Part shown: positions 29,150-39,275 of the stretch, piece by piece
Position numbering within the stretch: the stretch's first letter is position 1
Layout of the letters: the number at the start of each line of letters is the position of its first letter
Origin: Candidatus Kaiserbacteria bacterium
GTDB taxonomy: Bacteria > Patescibacteriota > Minisyncoccia > Phycocordibacterales > UBA918
NCBI GenBank assembly: GCA_031430855.1
Contig: JANPCG010000012.1
Location: forward strand, 496 to 64,495
Direction of reading: 5' to 3'
Length of the DNA stretch: 64,000 nucleotides
Translations under genes and position numbers: made by a program
Notes under the pieces: model-generated
Told to the model about the DNA's origin: nothing
What the model saw: the letters and a program-made list of their open reading frames with translations, nothing else
Database searches by the model: none

Positions 29150-32100
29150 TTATAAGAACAAATCAAAATTATGCTCTGCTAGGAGCAGGGCGGTTTCAAT
29201 AACAACCTTGATCTGGTCGTTATCAATATCAATACCTTTCTCTCCCTTCACGATGTCATACAGATAGTCGTCAATACTATTTCGCATCTTGCGCTTCACG
29301 TCCGCATTTTTATACCAGTCGACGATTGCCTCGTTCTTGATGATGGTGAATATGTCGAGAATAGTAGCGATATAGACTTCCTCGCTGAGGTTCAGGTTAT
29401 CAAGTTCGACTCGAAGATTACGGTAGAACACATCTGAACCCTTTTGCGATTCAATCTGTTCTGGAAGGCTTTCATCTTTCTTGTTCACCACGTCGTCACT
29501 AATGAGTTTCATTTGCTTCAACGCTTCAACATCAGCGAGTTTGCCTTGACGCATCTTCTCAAGAATCTCTGAAATCTTCTTAGAAAACTTCTCGTAGAAT
29601 TCAGGATCACTATCCATTTTCTCTGAAATGGTTCTTTCAGTTTGTGCCGCGATTGCCTCAGCTTTTGACTTGTCAGAACCAAGGTTAGCCACCGCTTCCT
29701 CAAACTGCTTTCTGTCGGTAATGTTTACCTGCTTTGTGAGCAACTCAACGCCACGAGCATCAACATATTTATCAAGGATATTAATGAGTGATTGTTTGTA
29801 CTCAAGTAGATCAACACGGTCGGCATACTTTAGACTCGCAGACTTACGAAGTTCCAAGAACTTCTTGAGTTCACGCTTGTAGAGGTCGAGGTGATCGAAT
29901 TCATGAACGAAGTCTTGTAGCACAAAACACTCGTTCAGGTTTTTAATGAATGCATTAAGAGTCTTGTAGAACGTCTCACGTTTTGGTTGGTCAGATAGGA
30001 ATTGGAGATAGACTTCATCATCGGTTGATCCTTTGATTTCATTAAATAAATCATGGACGGTTCCATAACTCTGTTCTAGGTCTTGTATCTTCTCAGACAC
30101 ATCAATCAGAGTGCCTTTAACATCAGTCTCATCATAGTTACCGAAAAGCTTCATCGCTGTGTCGATGTTCTTAGCATTCTCGGAATAGTCCATGATGTAT
30201 CCGGCAGTCTTAGGCTTTTCCTTCTTGTTCTCAAACAAACGGTTTACACGCGCAATAGCCTGAAGCAAGTTGTGATCTTTTAGATCCTTGGCGAGATAGA
30301 GTACGGTGTTGCGTGGTGCATCAAAACCAGTGAGTAGTTTGTCGCACACAATAATGACCTCGATGCCATCGTCGTTATACTTAAAACTCCCGACGACATC
30401 CTTTTCGTATTTATCGACGCTACTGTGATTCTTACGAACTCCTTCTAGGTATCCGACTACTTCTTTCTTGTGGAGATTCTCCTCGTCTCCGTCTTCATGT
30501 TCATCAGAAATAATAACCGCCGTACGAATATTTCCCCGAGTCTCAAAGAACTTCTGGAAAAGGATGGCTGAGTATTTCGATGGAGCAACAATCTGAGCCT
30601 TGAGTCCGGTGTACTGGAAGTTCCTAATAAAGTGCGTTTCTATATCGTACGCAATTTCGACAATACGCTGAGGATTGTCTTTAATTATCTTACTTCCAAT
30701 GTATCGTTGTAGCTCTTTCTTCTGCTTCTCATTAAGTCCTTCGGTGATACGTTCAACATGGCGGTCTATTTGTTCCGCATTCTGAATGAGGTCTACATAC
30801 CGACCCTCATAGATAAGAGGGAGAATGATGTTATCAGCGAGAGCGTCATCAATGGTGTACTTATCGATGTAATCACCGAACTTCTTCCAACTCTCTCGGT
30901 CTTTCTTCATGAGTGGCGTACCAGTAAATCCGATGTAACAGGCATTTGGAATGATTCGATTCATCTCAAAGTTCGCCATACCGTTCTGACTTCGGTGTGC
31001 CTCATCAATAAGCACAAAGATATTTTTATCGTCGTCAACAAATCCCGTGCTCTTTTTTGCCGCAGATTCAAACTTCTGGACAAGCGTAGTTACTACCGAT
31101 AGATCCTTCTCTTTAATGAGGTCAATCAAGTGCTGACCACTGGTAGCCTGAACAACCTCTTTCTTGAGGTTACAGTTCTTAAACGTATCTTTGATCTGTT
31201 TATCCAAGTCACGACGGTCTGTCACAATAATGACTCGTGGATTGAGAATATGAGGATCCTCAATAAGAGCCTTCACAAACATCACCATAGTCAGTGACTT
31301 ACCTGATCCTTGGGTATGCCAGACGAGCCCACCTTTTCGGCGAGTGATCTCGTGGTCAGTTACTTCTTCCTCTTCCACTCGCTTCAACATCTTATGGATA
31401 GCAAAATACTGCTGGTAGCGTGAGAGCTTCTTTACTCCTGCGTCAAAGAGAATGTAATTTTTGGTCAAATCCAAAAGGCGTTTCGGCTCAAAGAGTGAAA
31501 ACACCCCTCGGTCTTGTTCTGTAGGGAGGCGGTCGGTTCTTTGTTTGTGACCATCCGTATAGCCGTTGAGGTCTTGTAGTACCTGAGCGTACACATCAGC
31601 ATCAATAGGCTTCTGAATCAGAGCGGTTACTTGTTCGTTAAATGTTTCTAGATCTGTGCCTTTTTCTTTCCATACCGCATAGAATTTGTTCGGTGTGCCA
31701 GTTGTTCCGTACTGTAGTTCCTTGCCGTTGGTAGCCACAAGGAGCTGGGTGTATGTGTACAGATTAGGGCAAAACTCAGAACTTTGGTTACGGTTCATTT
31801 GGTTAATCGCTTCACTTACCGCAACGCTCGACTTCTTGTTTTCAATGACTGCAAAAGGTAGCCCGTTAACGAACACCACGATATCTGGTCGTATGTTCTG
31901 CTTACCACTACAAGCATATTCAACAGATACGTGAAAAGCGTTATTGGCAATGTTTTCAAAATCTATGAACCGAAAGTTCTTTGATACTTTTTTACCGCCA
32001 TTATTAACCTTAATGGTCTTACCACCACTCGTCGGCATGATGGTGTTGTATATCTTCTGAGCAGTATCTATGAGTCCTTCGTATTGGATATGCTCAAGTT

Positions 32101-32341
32101 CATCAATAGCGTCACGTACATCTTTCTCACTGAATTTATAATCAGTACCATCGACCTCGTATCCATTGATCTCCATCAGTTTCTCTGTAGCAATATCAGC
32201 CAAGATGAAGTTTGAAGTATTGCCACGTTGCTTCAAAGCCTCCTCAACAGAAACATAGGTGTAGCCCGTATTCAGAAGAAGCTCCACAAATGGAAGTTGC
32301 GATTGTCGTGCCTCGTCAAAATTTACTTTATCTAATGTCAT
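29150..32341 (-). CDS. hsdR: Type I restriction endonuclease subunit R
   Basis: RPDIVVFVNGLP..VIENK, WHTQGSGKS, DEAHRSQ, FTGTP, LLTGFDAP, QAIARVNR. Confidence 0.97.
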   Translation of the reverse strand: MTLDKVNFDEARQSQLPFVELLLNTGYTYVSVEEALKQRGNTSNFILADIATEKLMEINGYEVDGTDYKFSEKDVRDAIDELEHIQYEGLIDTAQKIYNTIMPTSGGKTIKVNNGGKKVSKNFRFIDFENIANNAFHVSVEYACSGKQNIRPDIVVFVNGLPFAVIENKKSSVAVSEAINQMNRNQSSEFCPNLYTYTQLLVATNGKELQYGTTGTPNKFYAVWKEKGTDLETFNEQVTALIQKPIDADVYAQVLQDLNGYTDGHKQRTDRLPTEQDRGVFSLFEPKRLLDLTKNYILFDAGVKKLSRYQQYFAIHKMLKRVEEEEVTDHEITRRKGGLVWHTQGSGKSLTMVMFVKALIEDPHILNPRVIIVTDRRDLDKQIKDTFKNCNLKKEVVQATSGQHLIDLIKEKDLSVVTTLVQKFESAAKKSTGFVDDDKNIFVLIDEAHRSQNGMANFEMNRIIPNACYIGFTGTPLMKKDRESWKKFGDYIDKYTIDDALADNIILPLIYEGRYVDLIQNAEQIDRHVERITEGLNEKQKKELQRYIGSKIIKDNPQRIVEIAYDIETHFIRNFQYTGLKAQIVAPSKYSAILFQKFFETRGNIRTAVIISDEHEDGDEENLHKKEVVGYLEGVRKNHSSVDKYEKDVVGSFKYNDDGIEVIIVCDKLLTGFDAPRNTVLYLAKDLKDHNLLQAIARVNRLFENKKEKPKTAGYIMDYSENAKNIDTAMKLFGNYDETDVKGTLIDVSEKIQDLEQSYGTVHDLFNEIKGSTDDEVYLQFLSDQPKRETFYKTLNAFIKNLNECFVLQDFVHEFDHLDLYKRELKKFLELRKSASLKYADRVDLLEYKQSLINILDKYVDARGVELLTKQVNITDRKQFEEAVANLGSDKSKAEAIAAQTERTISEKMDSDPEFYEKFSKKISEILEKMRQGKLADVEALKQMKLISDDVVNKKDESLPEQIESQKGSDVFYRNLRVELDNLNLSEEVYIATILDIFTIIKNEAIVDWYKNADVKRKMRNSIDDYLYDIVKGEKGIDIDNDQIKVVIETALLLAEHNFDLFL

Positions 32342-32345
32342 ATGT

Positions 32346-33623
32346 TTATGAGGTTATTTTGGCTGATAATGTTTCAGGTGTTCGGATGGTCCCAGTGATT
32401 AGGTTGTTGAGGAGATATCTTTTCTGTTCTTTGATGATGGACAGTTTCTTTTCCAGCTCGGTTATTTCTTTATCTGCGGTTATTAATATTTTTACAATGG
32501 CTTCTTGTTCTTCAATAGGAGGGAGTTTTAATTCAAACTTTGCCATATCCGATCCATACAGGTGAAAGACTGTGGTGCCTGAAACAAGTTTGATGACGTC
32601 TTTTTTATTTAGATTAACTAGGTAACAAAAGAAGAGTCCATTCAAACTACCATTGGATCTTATGATTAAGATATCTCCTCCTAAAATGATCCCATCTTTA
32701 TCTAGATAACTTGCTGTAGACAAACCTCGGGGAGTAACATCGGAAGTTGGCATGAGGATATCGTTTACTTTCGAAAGAACCATACCTTTATTGTAGTTTG
32801 TTTTGCTTATGATGTTCTCTATATACTCAGCGTACTTAGTAAATAGCTCTCCATAATGTATGGCTTCGTATTTTCCTTCAGAATCTAGGTCGTTCTTAGG
32901 CAAACCTTTACCTTTTTTAAATGACGCAATTTCTCCAAGTTTTACAGACTTCCACTTCTCACCAAATCCAGTTAATCGTCTTTTACCAGTTAGTAAATCC
33001 TGCATCAGACTTTTCTTGATCTGCTTTTTTACTTCAATTTTTCGCGTAAGCCTTTTAATTATCTGGTCCCAAGTTTCTATAACAGAGATAATACGACTTT
33101 GTTCTAGTAGGGGTGGGAGAGCAAGTTTGAATTTTTTAATCAACGGAATCGTCAATTGTGGCTGGGCACTGCCGAATGATACTCGCTTGAGCTCTCTTAA
33201 GAAATGAGACGAAATAAAATATTTATAGAGGAAGGCAGTCTCTAAATCAGTATCTACAGTTTTGTTTCTTAGTATTGCCATCCCAGAGTTAATCCTTACA
33301 TCAGCAAAAGGAACGTTCTCAGAATATGAAGCCACACTACCGATTGTGCCTCTGGTTGTAATCACAAGATCACCTCTTTCGAGCCTTCCTTTATTCATTG
33401 ATGAGTCCTTTGCTTTTGAAATAAATTGATTCTCACTAAAATTAAAACCTTGTTTTGTAACATTTGTGGCAGTAAGAAAAAGACAAAAACCATCAGTTGA
33501 AAAATCATCCTGATGCGGGTAGTTTTTACCCCTATCGCCGTCAATAACTTTTACCCCAACTTCCTGCAAAGTTAAATTTCTCCATCCTTGGGGTATATTT
33601 TTTTGTGATTGGTTAGTTTTCAT
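32346..33623 (-). CDS. hsdS: Type I RM specificity subunit S
   Basis: Two TRDs with conserved PPL.EQ..I and PPIEEQ..I linkers; LLTGKRRL. Confidence 0.95.
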   Translation of the reverse strand: MKTNQSQKNIPQGWRNLTLQEVGVKVIDGDRGKNYPHQDDFSTDGFCLFLTATNVTKQGFNFSENQFISKAKDSSMNKGRLERGDLVITTRGTIGSVASYSENVPFADVRINSGMAILRNKTVDTDLETAFLYKYFISSHFLRELKRVSFGSAQPQLTIPLIKKFKLALPPLLEQSRIISVIETWDQIIKRLTRKIEVKKQIKKSLMQDLLTGKRRLTGFGEKWKSVKLGEIASFKKGKGLPKNDLDSEGKYEAIHYGELFTKYAEYIENIISKTNYNKGMVLSKVNDILMPTSDVTPRGLSTASYLDKDGIILGGDILIIRSNGSLNGLFFCYLVNLNKKDVIKLVSGTTVFHLYGSDMAKFELKLPPIEEQEAIVKILITADKEITELEKKLSIIKEQKRYLLNNLITGTIRTPETLSAKITS

Positions 33624-33625
33624 AA

Positions 33626-34936
33626 TTAACTCCCATTTAAAACCACATCTTGCCTAGCCTTAGCAACACAAATGTTATTCTTTATGGCATAGCACTCAAC
33701 ATAATGATTGCCAGAATATTTTGTATCCTCTATTTCATTTTTAGTTCGATTATCAGTTATTTCTCCTCTTGGCTGATCACAAGAACTATCGTTCTTAACT
33801 TTCCATTTAAAGATATTTACATCTGGAGAGTTTCCCGATATTAAGAATTTAATCTTCCTGTCTACGCTAATTAGCCCAATTTTATCTAGAATAAATTCTC
33901 TAAAACCACCCCTGCGCACTTGGACTTCTCCGCAGATCTTAAAATTGTATTGTTCTTCAAGTAAAGTTTTAATATTTTCGTCAAATATAAATTTCTCAGA
34001 CGGCGATCTCTTGTAAAAAGAAATATCTACTAGATTATCTGTAGAGTCTGAATCTCTCAGGTTTTCAAGTTTTATTAAAAAACCATCTCGAGCACAGAGT
34101 ATCTTTTCTTTCTGATCGGGTGTGAGTTTCGCTAGGTAATCATCAATAAATTTCGCACTATTTGCTCTATCTTGAATTTGATTAGGGGTATTAACAACGT
34201 TTGGTAAGTTTATAAAAAATGTAAAAATGGCATCAAAAATTTCAATGTTTGGATTTTGTTTAAATATTTTTGTAATTACTTGCTCAAGGTGAAAAGACTT
34301 GAGTTTCAAGTTTTGATCTTTATCGCATAGATTATTTTTCCATCTTTTAACAAACTTCACTGTCTTTCTAAAATCACTATTTATACCAACCTCAGTAGCA
34401 ACTTTAATGTATCCTCTAGGATCAGAGTTAATCCAAGCGTTTGTATCAGAAGCATTCCAAGTCAAAGTATTACGTTTGTTGTGGTTTCTCTCTTTAATCA
34501 CTTCCGGAACCTTATATGTATCCTGATTGAACTCATTTTTTCCGTATGAATAAGCAGGAACAATATCAACTGATAAAATCATGTCAGTGTTTTGCCAAAA
34601 CTCTACAGTAACTGAGTGTGTCTGTAGAGAAACCTTCTTCATGTAGCTTGTCGGATTTCTATAGCTACCACTTATTTCATTAAATAATTTTTGAAGTGTT
34701 GCTGAAGGTGAGTGATCATTTTCATCCCAAGAACCAAGAATATATAGAATATCCAGATCATGAATAGGTGTTATTGCTGTGAAGCGAGGATATGATCCTA
34801 TTTGAATACAGTTATTTACACCAAATAGGTCATTAAAAGACTGGTAGACTTTACCTATCAAATCTTGCTCGGTAGGTTTAGGTGAGAGTGTCTTCGCATA
34901 CTCTCGCAATTTTGAGTTGAATTTATCTTTTGTCAT
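33626..34936 (-). CDS. CD-NTase (SMODS/cGAS-like nucleotidyltransferase) with C-terminal AGS-C domain
   Basis: GSYPRFTAITPIHDLD, VDIVPA, SDPR, KFVKRWK, LKSFHLE; C-terminal WKVKN..PRGEI..TKYSGNHYVECYAIKNNICVA. Confidence 0.85.
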   Translation of the reverse strand: MTKDKFNSKLREYAKTLSPKPTEQDLIGKVYQSFNDLFGVNNCIQIGSYPRFTAITPIHDLDILYILGSWDENDHSPSATLQKLFNEISGSYRNPTSYMKKVSLQTHSVTVEFWQNTDMILSVDIVPAYSYGKNEFNQDTYKVPEVIKERNHNKRNTLTWNASDTNAWINSDPRGYIKVATEVGINSDFRKTVKFVKRWKNNLCDKDQNLKLKSFHLEQVITKIFKQNPNIEIFDAIFTFFINLPNVVNTPNQIQDRANSAKFIDDYLAKLTPDQKEKILCARDGFLIKLENLRDSDSTDNLVDISFYKRSPSEKFIFDENIKTLLEEQYNFKICGEVQVRRGGFREFILDKIGLISVDRKIKFLISGNSPDVNIFKWKVKNDSSCDQPRGEITDNRTKNEIEDTKYSGNHYVECYAIKNNICVAKARQDVVLNGS

Positions 34937-35450
34937 AACTTGTGCTCAGTAGAGTTGTCACTATGTCATTAATAAGACGACCTCGCATATTAACAATAGT
35001 AGTAAATTGCTGATTGTTTATTGCCTTCATCATTTCTGGAGAAATCACAATTGATGGGGGTGTGAACTCAGGAAAGTAAAAAATAAAACCCGCATTTGAT
35101 TTCTTGTTTGAAAGAATAGTTTTTATCTGGTCTTCAGTAAAAGACTGATAGTGTACTAACGCCAATGTAGTTTCTTTTACTTTTGACAGTGTGTCCGGTT
35201 TGATTTGGTAGATATTTTTTTCTCTAAAAACACCCGTGTCAACTAAATCTGTCTTTAACGATGAAAACATATCGTCATTAGCCACTATCGCAATTTTTCT
35301 ACTCCAACGACCAAACCCTAACCTTAAAAAGAGTGGATATACACCAAGAGTCCAACTCGTTATCGCCCAGATGAAAAGACATATAGCAAAGATCGTTGTT
35401 AGCGCTCCGACAATATTTACAAATATAGTTAAGAAATTTAGTAGAGTCAT
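34923..35450 (-). CDS. N-terminal TM plus alpha/beta domain; putative CD-NTase effector
   Basis: Hydrophobic N-terminus then an alternating beta/alpha pattern (RKIAIVA, LALVHY, FIFYFP); its stop overlaps the CD-NTase start. Confidence 0.7.
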   Translation of the reverse strand: MTLLNFLTIFVNIVGALTTIFAICLFIWAITSWTLGVYPLFLRLGFGRWSRKIAIVANDDMFSSLKTDLVDTGVFREKNIYQIKPDTLSKVKETTLALVHYQSFTEDQIKTILSNKKSNAGFIFYFPEFTPPSIVISPEMMKAINNQQFTTIVNMRGRLINDIVTTLLSTSYDKR

Positions 35451-35454
35451 ATAT

Positions 35455-36963
35455 TTATTTAATTCCAAGTTCTTTTAGATAAACAGCCATTTGTTTTTCA
35501 AGCTTCTGTAGCTCTGGTTCAAGTTCTGCAAGTTCTTTCAGGTTCGCAGTAATATCTACAGGGGCTTCTTCGGTGAAAGTATCTACGTAACGAGTGATGT
35601 TGAGGTTGAAATCGTTCTCCTCAATCTCTTTAAGACTCACTTTGCGAGCAAACTTTGCTACATCTTTACGAGTCTTGTAGGTAGAGTAAATCTTCTCGAT
35701 GTTTTCATCGGTCAGAATGTTCTGAGCCTTATTTGCCTTGAACTCCTTAGATGCTTCGATAAAGAAGACATCTTTCTTGCTTTCATTCTCTCCGCCTTTT
35801 TCTCGCGAACGGTCTAAGACGAGAATTGCTACTGGAATACCTGTGGTCTGGAATAGTCCGGCTGGGAGCCCAATAACTGCTTCGACGACGTTTTCCTTTA
35901 GAAGTTGTTCACGGATTTTACCCTCGGCTCCACCTCGAAAGAGAACACCATGAGGAACAATAACGGCAATGCGCCCTGTCTTTGGTTTTGCTGTTTCCAC
36001 CATGTGCGTGATAAAGGCAAAGTCACCTTTATCCTTCGGTGGAGTACCACGCCAGAAGCGCTTGTACTTGTCTGCATCCGCATGTTCCGCACCCCATTTC
36101 TTGAGAGAGAATGGTGGGTTCGATACTACCGTGTCGAACTTCATTAGACGATCGTCTTCAACGAGAAGTGGATTGTTGAGTGTGTCACCCCATTCCAGAC
36201 GAGCAGAATCCTTTCCGTGGAGGAACATATTCATGCGAGCAAGTTGATAGGTTGAACCTGTTGATTCCTGACCATACAGAGCGTAGTTTTTAGAGCCTTG
36301 TTTCTCTACTTCTTCACCAGCAAGGAGGAGGAGACCACCCGATCCGGCACAAGGGTCACAGATACGTGCGCCAGGCTTTGGTTCGGCAAGCCGTGCTACG
36401 AGATGAGCTACATTGCGAACGGTAAAAAATTCACCAGCTTTTTTACCTGCGTCTGCACCAAACTTCTCAATCAGGTACATGTAAGAGTTACCGATGATAT
36501 CGTCATTTACTCCTGTGAGATCAATCTTTGCAAAATCTTGTACGAGGTTGCGGAGCATCTTGTTACGCTCAGCAAGTTTGCCGAGGTTTGCTTCTGAGTT
36601 GAAGTCTACAGAAAATACACCATCAAGCTTTTCCTTGTTATGGTCTTCAATACGATGGAGTGCCTTGTTTATTTCTTCACCAAGGTTGTCTTGTTCGATG
36701 ATTGAGTAAATGTAATCAAACGATGACTTCGGAGGGAGGTAGAAGCGATCCAGCTTCATTTTTTCCTCGATACGCTTTTCGTCGCCAGCGAACCGCTTTT
36801 TGTATTCGTCGTGTGCTGTCTTTGATTTATCACTAAGATACTTCAAGAAAAGCATCGGAAGTACGTAGTTCATGTAGTCCGCCGCATTGAGCTGACTGCG
36901 TGAAGAGTTTGCCGAATCCCAAAGGGTCTTATTGAGGTCTTCCTGAGTGTATTTCTTAGTCAT
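35455..36963 (-). CDS. hsdM: Type I RM methyltransferase subunit M
   Basis: GEFFT, DPCAGSGG, NPPFS, PHGVLFRG. Confidence 0.97.
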   Translation of the reverse strand: MTKKYTQEDLNKTLWDSANSSRSQLNAADYMNYVLPMLFLKYLSDKSKTAHDEYKKRFAGDEKRIEEKMKLDRFYLPPKSSFDYIYSIIEQDNLGEEINKALHRIEDHNKEKLDGVFSVDFNSEANLGKLAERNKMLRNLVQDFAKIDLTGVNDDIIGNSYMYLIEKFGADAGKKAGEFFTVRNVAHLVARLAEPKPGARICDPCAGSGGLLLLAGEEVEKQGSKNYALYGQESTGSTYQLARMNMFLHGKDSARLEWGDTLNNPLLVEDDRLMKFDTVVSNPPFSLKKWGAEHADADKYKRFWRGTPPKDKGDFAFITHMVETAKPKTGRIAVIVPHGVLFRGGAEGKIREQLLKENVVEAVIGLPAGLFQTTGIPVAILVLDRSREKGGENESKKDVFFIEASKEFKANKAQNILTDENIEKIYSTYKTRKDVAKFARKVSLKEIEENDFNLNITRYVDTFTEEAPVDITANLKELAELEPELQKLEKQMAVYLKELGIK

Positions 36964-36964
36964 A

Positions 36965-37549
36965 TTATTGGTTAATTAAATTAAAGCTGGCGTTGATAAT
37001 GGTTTTTTGGATCTCTTGCTTTCGTTTGTGTATTCGTTCTTGGTCGGTGATGTTTTCCTGAAGGGCTATGATCGACTTCTGTGTATGTACTGGCGGTAGG
37101 GGTATTTCAAAGTCGTTGAGGTTTTTTACGAGGATGCTCTGTATGTATGAGGCACCTGTAACTATTTGCGATAGTGCCTTTTGTCCGTCTGTTGAATTGA
37201 GATAAAGACAGACATACTTAGGTAGCGCAGTGACGTCTTTGATTCGAATGACATGAACCGATGATGATGGCATCACACGCATCTCATTTGAGGCAAAGAC
37301 AGCAGAGCGAAACGAACCAGCTCCTGAGCCTCTTGAAACAAGCAAAATATCGTTATACTGCAAAAAGTAGGGGGTTCTGAGTGATTTACCTGAAAACAGG
37401 GTCAGATCGCCCGTTTCAACCACTTCTTGATTCGGAGAGATATTCTTGGCTTGGAGCACGAAGATGTCGCCTTTAGGGTCATTTTCAATCGGTCCACGGA
37501 ACGTGTACCCAGAAGATATGTCTGCTATTTGGCTCAATTCCTTGTGCAT
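36965..37549 (-). CDS. Single-TRD HsdS-like protein
   Basis: L..IADISSG, DILLVSRG, YLNS..GQ, IPLPP..TQ; 2 nt before hsdM. Confidence 0.75.
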   Translation of the reverse strand: MHKELSQIADISSGYTFRGPIENDPKGDIFVLQAKNISPNQEVVETGDLTLFSGKSLRTPYFLQYNDILLVSRGSGAGSFRSAVFASNEMRVMPSSSVHVIRIKDVTALPKYVCLYLNSTDGQKALSQIVTGASYIQSILVKNLNDFEIPLPPVHTQKSIIALQENITDQERIHKRKQEIQKTIINASFNLINQ

Positions 37550-37657
37550 GTATGGAGTGTACTGCACTTATTGTAAAAAAGCAAATTCTGGTCAATTTGG
37601 CAACCTACATGAGTCGCACTGGACTCTTTAGGCGTTCGGCGTCATTGATGTGTTTGT

Positions 37658-38986
37658 ATGAATCAAGCAATATCAATGCCATACGGCACCAAAATACAGG
37701 AGGTAGTACCCGTAAAGGTGAAATACTGCCTTTACGCAAGAAAATCAACGGAATCAGAAGAACGCCAAGTTCTCTCTATAGATAGCCAGATTAAGGAGAT
37801 GCTCCAGCTGGCAGACCGAGAGTGCTTGGAGGTGGTGACAATGAAGCGAGAAAGTCACTCCGCGAAGGAGACTGGGCAACGACCAGTCTTTAACGAAATA
37901 GTCGAAGAGATAGGAGAAGGTAAATACAATGGAATTCTGACATGGGCACCAGACCGTATCAGCAGAAATGCCGGCGACCTTGGGAGAATTGTAGACTTAA
38001 TGGACTCAGGCAAGCTCGAAGAAATACGCACCTTCGGGCAGAAGTTCGGCAATAATCCAAACGAGAAGTTCCTGCTGATGATTTTGGGATCACAGGCAAA
38101 ACTCGAGAATGACAACCGCGGTATCAATGTGAAGCGAGGTTTGAGAACAAGAGCTGAGATGGGACTATGGTCGGGACAAGCTCCCTTAGGTTATCTAACC
38201 CAAGGGCTAATGGATAAGAAATGCCAGCTGATTATTGACCCACTCCGAGCATCAGCAGTGAAGCAGATGTTTGAAAAAGTAGCCTACGAACAATGGTCAG
38301 GACGCAAGGTATACAACTGGCTCCGCTTCGAGCTCAACTTCTATACAAGAGGAAATAAACCTCTCACCCTCGGAGGTGTGTACCGCATCCTAGAAAACCC
38401 TTTCTACTACGGCGTCTTCGAGCGACCACGTAAAAGTGGAAACTGGTATCAAGGTAAACATACGCCACTCATCACACAGGAGTTATTCGAGAAATCAAAA
38501 GCCCAGCTCAAGCGTGATCAGATAGTGCGTGAGACTAAAGAATTTGCCTTCACGAAACTTTTCACCTGCGGATACTGTGGATCAGGTATATCAGCTGAAG
38601 AGAAATGGAAACAACTCAAGGATGGTGGAGCAAATAGATACATATACTACTCCTGCTCACGAGCGCGAGACCGCAACTGCAAGAACATGTATATCCGCGA
38701 AGAAGATTTAATACTAGAACTCCTGAAGATATTGGATAAGGTAAATATCAATGAGCTTGGTATGAGGCAGAAGCTTGAGGATGAAATTGCACGGTTCAAT
38801 ATTTTCCAACGGTCGGTACTTGGAGCCAAAGAAAAGATAAAAACAGATGCAGATACTGATATACGAAACTACGCAAAGTACATACTGAAAGAAGGTACGA
38901 CGATTGAGAAACGTGAACTACTGGCGAACTTACGATCACGGATAATGTACAAAGATAAAACGCTCACCTTGATAGATGAGCGTTAA
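37658..38986 (+). CDS. Large serine recombinase (integrase)
   Basis: YARKS catalytic motif, DRISRN, recombinase domain, CxxC...C...C zinc ribbon. Confidence 0.95.
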   Translation: MNQAISMPYGTKIQEVVPVKVKYCLYARKSTESEERQVLSIDSQIKEMLQLADRECLEVVTMKRESHSAKETGQRPVFNEIVEEIGEGKYNGILTWAPDRISRNAGDLGRIVDLMDSGKLEEIRTFGQKFGNNPNEKFLLMILGSQAKLENDNRGINVKRGLRTRAEMGLWSGQAPLGYLTQGLMDKKCQLIIDPLRASAVKQMFEKVAYEQWSGRKVYNWLRFELNFYTRGNKPLTLGGVYRILENPFYYGVFERPRKSGNWYQGKHTPLITQELFEKSKAQLKRDQIVRETKEFAFTKLFTCGYCGSGISAEEKWKQLKDGGANRYIYYSCSRARDRNCKNMYIREEDLILELLKILDKVNINELGMRQKLEDEIARFNIFQRSVLGAKEKIKTDADTDIRNYAKYILKEGTTIEKRELLANLRSRIMYKDKTLTLIDER

Positions 38987-39096
38987 ATCATAAAAGTTCG
39001 GTATCTCACGTACCTCAAGCTAAGTGGGTCAAAAGACTCGCTTAATTTTTTGGCTTGAAATAAGGGTACTCGGGTCACACCGATACTTAGTTCTAT

Positions 39097-39186
39097 TGGC
39101 GGAGAGAGGGAGATTCGAACTCCCGAGGAGGTTTCCCCCCTGACAGTTTTCAAGACTGTTCCATTCAACCGCTCTGGCATCTCTCC
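39097..39186 (-). tRNA. tRNA-Ser(UGA)
   Basis: GGAGAGA...ACAGT-CTTGAAA-ACTGT, long variable arm, GTTCGAATC, ends TCCGCCA. Confidence 0.96.
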
Positions 39187-39275
39187 AAATATGTAATTTT
39201 CTGCCGTCCGTTAGGAACAGATACTAGCAAATAATGGTGAAAATGTATACAGCTCTCATGCTACAATAATTCGTA

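Larger units (their letters stand above)
24730..39098. mobile_element. Genomic island integrated at the tRNA-Ser 3' end by a large serine recombinase
   Basis: Recombinase next to the tRNA; shared GCGG core at 24726-24729 and 39099-39102; imperfect inverted arms 24737-24748 and 39082-39093; RM and phage-type cargo. Confidence 0.85.
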
